From Pseudomonadota bacterium (GTDB taxonomy: Bacteria > Pseudomonadota > Gammaproteobacteria > Burkholderiales > JBEEJL01), in contig JAYTVC010000032.1 in NCBI GenBank assembly GCA_043744215.1, positions 2,193-66,192 on the forward strand: 64,000 bases of DNA. Reading direction: 5' to 3'. The notes below the pieces were generated by a model. The model saw nothing but the letters and a program-made list of their open reading frames with translations. It was not told the DNA's origin and searched no databases. Each line of letters begins with the position of its first letter. Within the stretch, counting starts at the first letter, position 1. Shown here piece by piece: positions 59,442 to 64,000 of this stretch. Position numbers and translations under genes: made by a program.

Positions 59442-60482
59442 TCAGGCGTAATCAATGAGCGGTTTTTTACGGCGCCAGAATTTGCGCAGGTCGTTGCGGC
59501 TGATAAAAAATTCACGCGGATTTTTTTCATCAGGCACACAAAAATTCAGCGATGTCATCGCGCCAGTTTTTAATGCGGCGAGCAATGGCGCAAACCAATA
59601 GGCATCCAATTGCTGAATTGAATTGCGCCAGGCGGCAATATCACCGTACATAGCATTATTATGTAACTTATTGATTATAATCAATTTTTTTGATATTTGA
59701 GATTGCTTATTCGGTTCCAAATTAAATAGTTGCGTAGCGTTTGCCGGTAAATCGATTTGTGCGATTTGAGCCGTTTTTGCCAGGCTGCGCGCAACCATAT
59801 CATCGCTGATGATCGAATCGTATTGGCAGGAAATATTTTGCGGCATCAGGCCGCCGCCCCAAAACCAAACGCTATTAATCGGCAATTCGCCGCGACTTTC
59901 GCGCGCGGTGTTAATCGGGTGTTCGAACAGCAGCATTTGAATTTCATTCAAGCGCTGTTGCCACAACATGCCATCCGCGCCTGAAGGTATTAGCGGATGA
60001 ATGTTTTTACCTGTCGCATCATGCAATGAAACGGTTTTGATTTGAGCAATGGCACTCAGCTTGACGTACCAGCGGTGCGGCTGCAGGGGCAAAAAAGCCA
60101 GGCCATCTTGGAGAAATTGCTGGTTGAGCGTCGCGCACAAGGCTTCGGCTTCGGTTTGTGTGAGCGGTGCGGAAGTCGCGTCCATCAATCCGATCTGGTC
60201 GCGGTGAATACGCAAATGCACTGGGTCGGCGCGCAGCCAGAAATCGTTGCCGGGCTCCACGCCGTCGAACGCCAGTGTCAGTGGCGCAACGGGATAATCT
60301 TGCTGCCTCTCCACATTGAACGCATGGCACAGCCAATCCATATAATGGTTGGGCGGTGTTGACGAAATTAATGCGTGCGCCAGCAAGGTTTCCAATGCGG
60401 GTACGGCCAGGCCACGGTATTCGTCACCCATTTGGGGTTGGATAAACAGGGCAGGGATGAGCAAGGTGCAGGCGACAGGCAT
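59442..60482 (-). CDS. Conserved phosphoglycerate-mutase-like protein upstream of recJ
   Basis: ADPVHL, NEIQMLL.EHPIN..RE.RGELPINSVWFWGGG. Confidence 0.7.
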   Translation of the reverse strand: MPVACTLLIPALFIQPQMGDEYRGLAVPALETLLAHALISSTPPNHYMDWLCHAFNVERQQDYPVAPLTLAFDGVEPGNDFWLRADPVHLRIHRDQIGLMDATSAPLTQTEAEALCATLNQQFLQDGLAFLPLQPHRWYVKLSAIAQIKTVSLHDATGKNIHPLIPSGADGMLWQQRLNEIQMLLFEHPINTARESRGELPINSVWFWGGGLMPQNISCQYDSIISDDMVARSLAKTAQIAQIDLPANATQLFNLEPNKQSQISKKLIIINKLHNNAMYGDIAAWRNSIQQLDAYWFAPLLAALKTGAMTSLNFCVPDEKNPREFFISRNDLRKFWRRKKPLIDYA

Positions 60483-60585
60483 GAGAAACCTAAAAATCTG
60501 ATAGGCACAATTTTAACACCTGCTTTGTGTTTCACCCGCCGCTTATGGCACACTTGCGCATTCTTTTTGATAATGCATAAAAACA

Positions 60586-61833
60586 GTGAACCCCTACGAA
60601 CTCTTTGTCGGCCTGCGTTACACCCGCGCCAAGCGTCGTGATCATTTTATTTCCTTTATCTCCGGCATCTCGTTGCTGGGCATGATTTTGGGCATGATGG
60701 CCTTGATCACTGTCATGTCGGTGATGAACGGTTTTCAGAAAGAAGTGCGCGACCATATTTTGCGTTCAGCATCCCATGTGGAAATTTCCGGCCCCGACAA
60801 CGTGCTCGCCAACTGGACCAGACTCGCGCAGGAATCTATGCAAAATAAATCTGTCGCGGCGTCGGCTCCCTATGTTGCCGGGCAAGGCTTATTGGTCAAT
60901 GCCGAGTTGTCGCGGCCAGTGATGGTGCGCGGCATTTTGCCCGAGCAGGAGCCGGGTGTATCCGAAGTGGACAAGCAAATGCAGTCGGGTAAATTTGACG
61001 GGCTCAAGGCGGGCGAGTTCGGCGTGTTGCTCGGCGTTGAACTGGCGCGCGGCTTGCGCGTTGGGGTAGGCGATAAAATTCTGCTGGTGACGCCGCAAGG
61101 GCAAATCACGCCGGCCGGTTTGGTGCCCCGCCTGCGGCAATTTACGGTCGTCGGTATTTTTAATCTTGATTACTATCCGGTTGATTCCAGTCTCGCGTTG
61201 ATTCATTTAACCGATGCGCAAAAACTTTATCGTCTGGACGAAGATAAAGTCAGCGGTGTCCGCTTGAAGCTACATGACTTGATGGCCGCCCCGCGCGTCG
61301 CGGGCGAGTTGGCGCGCAGCCTGACTGCCGACGCCTACATCACCGATTGGACGCGGCAAAATGCGACGTATTTCCGCGCCGTGCAAATTGAAAAACGCAT
61401 GATGTTCATTATTCTCACGTTGATTGTCGCGGTGGCGGCGTTCAACATTGTTTCTGCGCTGGTGATGGTCGTTACCGAAAAGCAATCGGATATCGCCATC
61501 CTGCGCACCTTGGGCGCGACGCCGAACAGCATTATGAAAATCTTTATGGTGCAGGGTGCGTGGATCGGCGTTATCGGCACCATTCTGGGTTTGATTTGTG
61601 GCCTGCTGCTGGCGACCAACATCGGCGCGGTCGTCCGGTTTTTTGAATATCTGCTGTCGATGAAAATCCTCGATCCGCAGGTTTATCTCATCAACGATTT
61701 TCCTTCCGATGTGCAAACCCTCGACGTGGTGGCTGTCGCCGTGGTTTCATTTGTTCTCACTCTGCTGGCGACGTTGTATCCCAGCTACCGCGCTTCGCGC
61801 ACCAAACCGGCGGAGGCGTTGCGCTATGAATAG
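60586..61833 (+). CDS. lolE: Lipoprotein-releasing ABC permease LolC/E
   Basis: [29 protein letters not shown]. Confidence 0.93.
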   Translation: MNPYELFVGLRYTRAKRRDHFISFISGISLLGMILGMMALITVMSVMNGFQKEVRDHILRSASHVEISGPDNVLANWTRLAQESMQNKSVAASAPYVAGQGLLVNAELSRPVMVRGILPEQEPGVSEVDKQMQSGKFDGLKAGEFGVLLGVELARGLRVGVGDKILLVTPQGQITPAGLVPRLRQFTVVGIFNLDYYPVDSSLALIHLTDAQKLYRLDEDKVSGVRLKLHDLMAAPRVAGELARSLTADAYITDWTRQNATYFRAVQIEKRMMFIILTLIVAVAAFNIVSALVMVVTEKQSDIAILRTLGATPNSIMKIFMVQGAWIGVIGTILGLICGLLLATNIGAVVRFFEYLLSMKILDPQVYLINDFPSDVQTLDVVAVAVVSFVLTLLATLYPSYRASRTKPAEALRYE

Positions 61834-62506
61834 CATCGTCCTCGCCTGCGACAACCTGCATAAAAAATATTTACAGGGCAAAGTGGAAGTGCCGGTATTA
61901 CATGGTGTAAACCTGCACATCAAAGCGGGTGAGCGGGTGGCGATTGTCGGTGCGTCAGGCTCGGGCAAAAGCACGCTGTTGCATATTCTCGGCGGTCTCG
62001 ATTTTGCGACCGAGGGCACGGTGCAAATTCTTGGCCATGAAATTTCGCGCATGGATGAAGCCGCGCTGAGCGGCTTGCGTAACCAGGCGCTGGGTTTTGT
62101 ATACCAGTTTCATCATTTGCTGCCGGAATTCAGCGCGCTGGAAAACGTCGCCATGCCGTTGCTGATCCGCCGTGCCAAACCTGCCGATGCGATGGAGCAA
62201 GCGTCAGAGATGCTCAATCGCGTGGGGCTCGGCCATCGCCTATCGCACAAGCCGGGTGAACTTTCCGGTGGCGAACGCCAGCGCACTGCGGTGGCCCGCG
62301 CGCTGGTGACCCATCCGGCCTGCGTGCTGGCCGATGAACCGACGGGTAACCTGGATCGCAAGACGGCTGAAAGCGTTTTTGATTTAATGCTGGAACTCAA
62401 CCAATCGCTCAACACCAGTTTCGTGATTGTGACTCACGATCCGCAACTGGCGTCGCGTACTGAGCGCGTCATGCGTTTGGATGACGGGGTGCTGAGCGAA
62501 GGCTGA
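61826..62506 (+). CDS. lolD: Lipoprotein-releasing ABC ATPase
   Basis: [36 protein letters not shown]. Confidence 0.95.
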   Translation: MNSIVLACDNLHKKYLQGKVEVPVLHGVNLHIKAGERVAIVGASGSGKSTLLHILGGLDFATEGTVQILGHEISRMDEAALSGLRNQALGFVYQFHHLLPEFSALENVAMPLLIRRAKPADAMEQASEMLNRVGLGHRLSHKPGELSGGERQRTAVARALVTHPACVLADEPTGNLDRKTAESVFDLMLELNQSLNTSFVIVTHDPQLASRTERVMRLDDGVLSEG

Positions 62507-62517
62507 GGTGTCGGTGT

Positions 62518-62811
62518 CTATTCTTCTTTTTTCGGATTCATTTCGTTTTGCACAAATCCGTTGAACTCGTTTACCGCATTGTTAAGCGCCGTCATGTGGT
62601 TTTCCGACTGGGCTTTTTGTTCCGTCGCAAACTTGTTAATGCATTCGCGGAAATCATTCACTTCTTTTTGAAAACCTTTCATGCGCACTTCGCTGGCGAG
62701 CTTGCCCGGATGTTCAGGTTTGGCGCAGGCATGCTTTGGTGGCGCGGCATCGGCAAATACATTCGCGCTGAATAAAAGCGACATGATGCAAAGGGTTTTA
62801 CTGACTTGCAT
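62518..62811 (-). CDS. Small secreted hypothetical protein
   Basis: Signal peptide, two Cys, helical; AGGAG RBS. Confidence 0.7.
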   Translation of the reverse strand: MQVSKTLCIMSLLFSANVFADAAPPKHACAKPEHPGKLASEVRMKGFQKEVNDFRECINKFATEQKAQSENHMTALNNAVNEFNGFVQNEMNPKKEE

Positions 62812-62866
62812 GGTATTTCTCCTGTGTTATATAACTATTTGATTATATTGAATATTTTGTTACCGC

Positions 62867-63481
62867 TCAGGTTGCGGAAACTGGTTCCAGGCTTTGCCAC
62901 ATATACCAGCACGCCACCGTGCGCCACGGTTCCCACTGTTTAGCGATGGAACGCATTTTCAGTTTGGATAACGGCCGGTCGTTATTGTAATGCAAACGCA
63001 TCGCGCGTTGCAGGCCCACGTCATCCAGCGGCAGCACATTCGGGCGGCGCAAATAAAACATCAAAAACATTTCTGCGCTCCAGCGGCCGATGCCTTTGAC
63101 CTGCGTGAGTTCAGTGATGACAATTTCATCGTCTTCGTGATTCCATTTTTCCGGGTCGAGCAAACCGTCATGAAAATGCCGAGCCAGGTCGTGCAGATAA
63201 ATCACTTTGCGGCCAGATAATCCGCAGGCACGCAGTTTCAATTCGGTTTGCTTGAGAACGCGCTTTGGCGTCATTTCGCAGACAAGGGTTTCCGTCCGTC
63301 CCCAAATGGTTTGCGCCGCCTTGACTGAAATCTGCTGGCCGACGATGGAGCGGGCGAGCGTGGTGAACGGGTCGTCACGGTCGTTGAACGATGCCTTTGG
63401 ATAGGCCTTCACCAGCTTTTTAATCACCGCATCGTTGGCCGCAAGTTCCTTTGCCGCCTGCTGCCAATAGTCTGCCGCCAT
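62867..63481 (-). CDS. DNA-3-methyladenine glycosylase II family (AlkA-like HhH-GPD)
   Basis: IVGQQIS, KGIGRWSAEM, LPLDDVGL, WEPWRT. Confidence 0.88.
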   Translation of the reverse strand: MAADYWQQAAKELAANDAVIKKLVKAYPKASFNDRDDPFTTLARSIVGQQISVKAAQTIWGRTETLVCEMTPKRVLKQTELKLRACGLSGRKVIYLHDLARHFHDGLLDPEKWNHEDDEIVITELTQVKGIGRWSAEMFLMFYLRRPNVLPLDDVGLQRAMRLHYNNDRPLSKLKMRSIAKQWEPWRTVACWYMWQSLEPVSAT

Positions 63482-63604
63482 TTTTTCGCCCGTGGATATC
63501 AAGTTGCATAGAAGCAGGTGACTTTCCCTGCCAAGTTTGAAATACTCGTAGCACTTTACCCGAAACCCTATGTTGCGAACAGGTAGGACTTGAGCGGATT
63601 TTTC

Positions 63605-64000
63605 ATGCGGCTAATCATTTTAGGTTTTGTTTTTGGCGTATGGCTGTTGCAGCAACAAGCGCTGCTGCCTGACTTGCGCTATCTATTTTTGCTGCCTGTG
63701 TTTGCCGTCACCGGATGGTTGGTTCGGCGCTTCGCGCCAAAATTTCTGCTGCTCATCACCATGGTTCTGGCGATTGCAGGCGGATTTTATTGGGCGGCTT
63801 ACCACGCTCAATCGCGTTTGGCAGACAGCCTGGCTGCCGATTGGGAAGGGCGCGATATTGAATTGGTCGGCGTCGTCGCATCGCTGCCGCAATTGCGCGA
63901 AGGCGGTACCCGTTTTGAATTCGATGTGGAAAATGTGCTGACCCAGGGCGCCCATGTGCCCGCGCATATTTCGCTCACCTGGTATGCCGAGCGGAAAAAC
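63605..64000 (+). CDS. comEC: ComEC/Rec2 competence protein (5' part, runs off window)
   Basis: Manual translation MRLIILGFVFGVWLLQQQALLP...WEGRDIELVGVVASLPQ...RFEFDVE...ISLTWY; open to window end. Confidence 0.85.
   Translation, partial: MRLIILGFVFGVWLLQQQALLPDLRYLFLLPVFAVTGWLVRRFAPKFLLLITMVLAIAGGFYWAAYHAQSRLADSLAADWEGRDIELVGVVASLPQLREGGTRFEFDVENVLTQGAHVPAHISLTWYAERKN

Overview
Betaproteobacterial chromosome segment, judged from the protein sequences and gene order. Left to right: (1) sulfur-transport-like locus (DUF2892, two half-size YeeE/YedE, CsoR-family repressor with an operator-like site, SulP, FadL-type outer-membrane channel) and a spermidine-synthase-like methyltransferase; (2) a complete minus-strand Tad/Flp pilus locus with two short Flp pilins missing from the ORF track, an extra AAA ATPase, a TPR-LytR_C lipoprotein and an Ig-like lipoprotein; (3) a ~6.7-kb heavy-metal RND efflux cassette flanked by a ~290-bp duplication of the 3' end of a VWA gene and led by a candidate arrest-peptide ORF ending in HAPPP; (4) a MoxR/VWA pair split by a GT-C-like membrane protein and a methyltransferase; (5) a nine-gene ArsS (arsenosugar-type radical SAM) cluster with an embedded ATP-grasp ligase and no arsM in the window; (6) housekeeping genes: bamD, rluD, pgeF, ZIP transporter, phaC-phaB, phaP/phaR, rimO, lysS, frameshifted prfB, recJ, lolCE/lolD, AlkA-like glycosylase, start of comEC. 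Non-coding signals include a ~28-30-bp IHF-like motif seen about 12 times, a structured CUCCUCC-rich phaP 3' region, a 25-unit heptamer tandem repeat and several REP-like palindromes. No rRNA, tRNA, CRISPR array, transposase or integrase was seen. Family calls come from recognising motifs by eye; no database searches were run.
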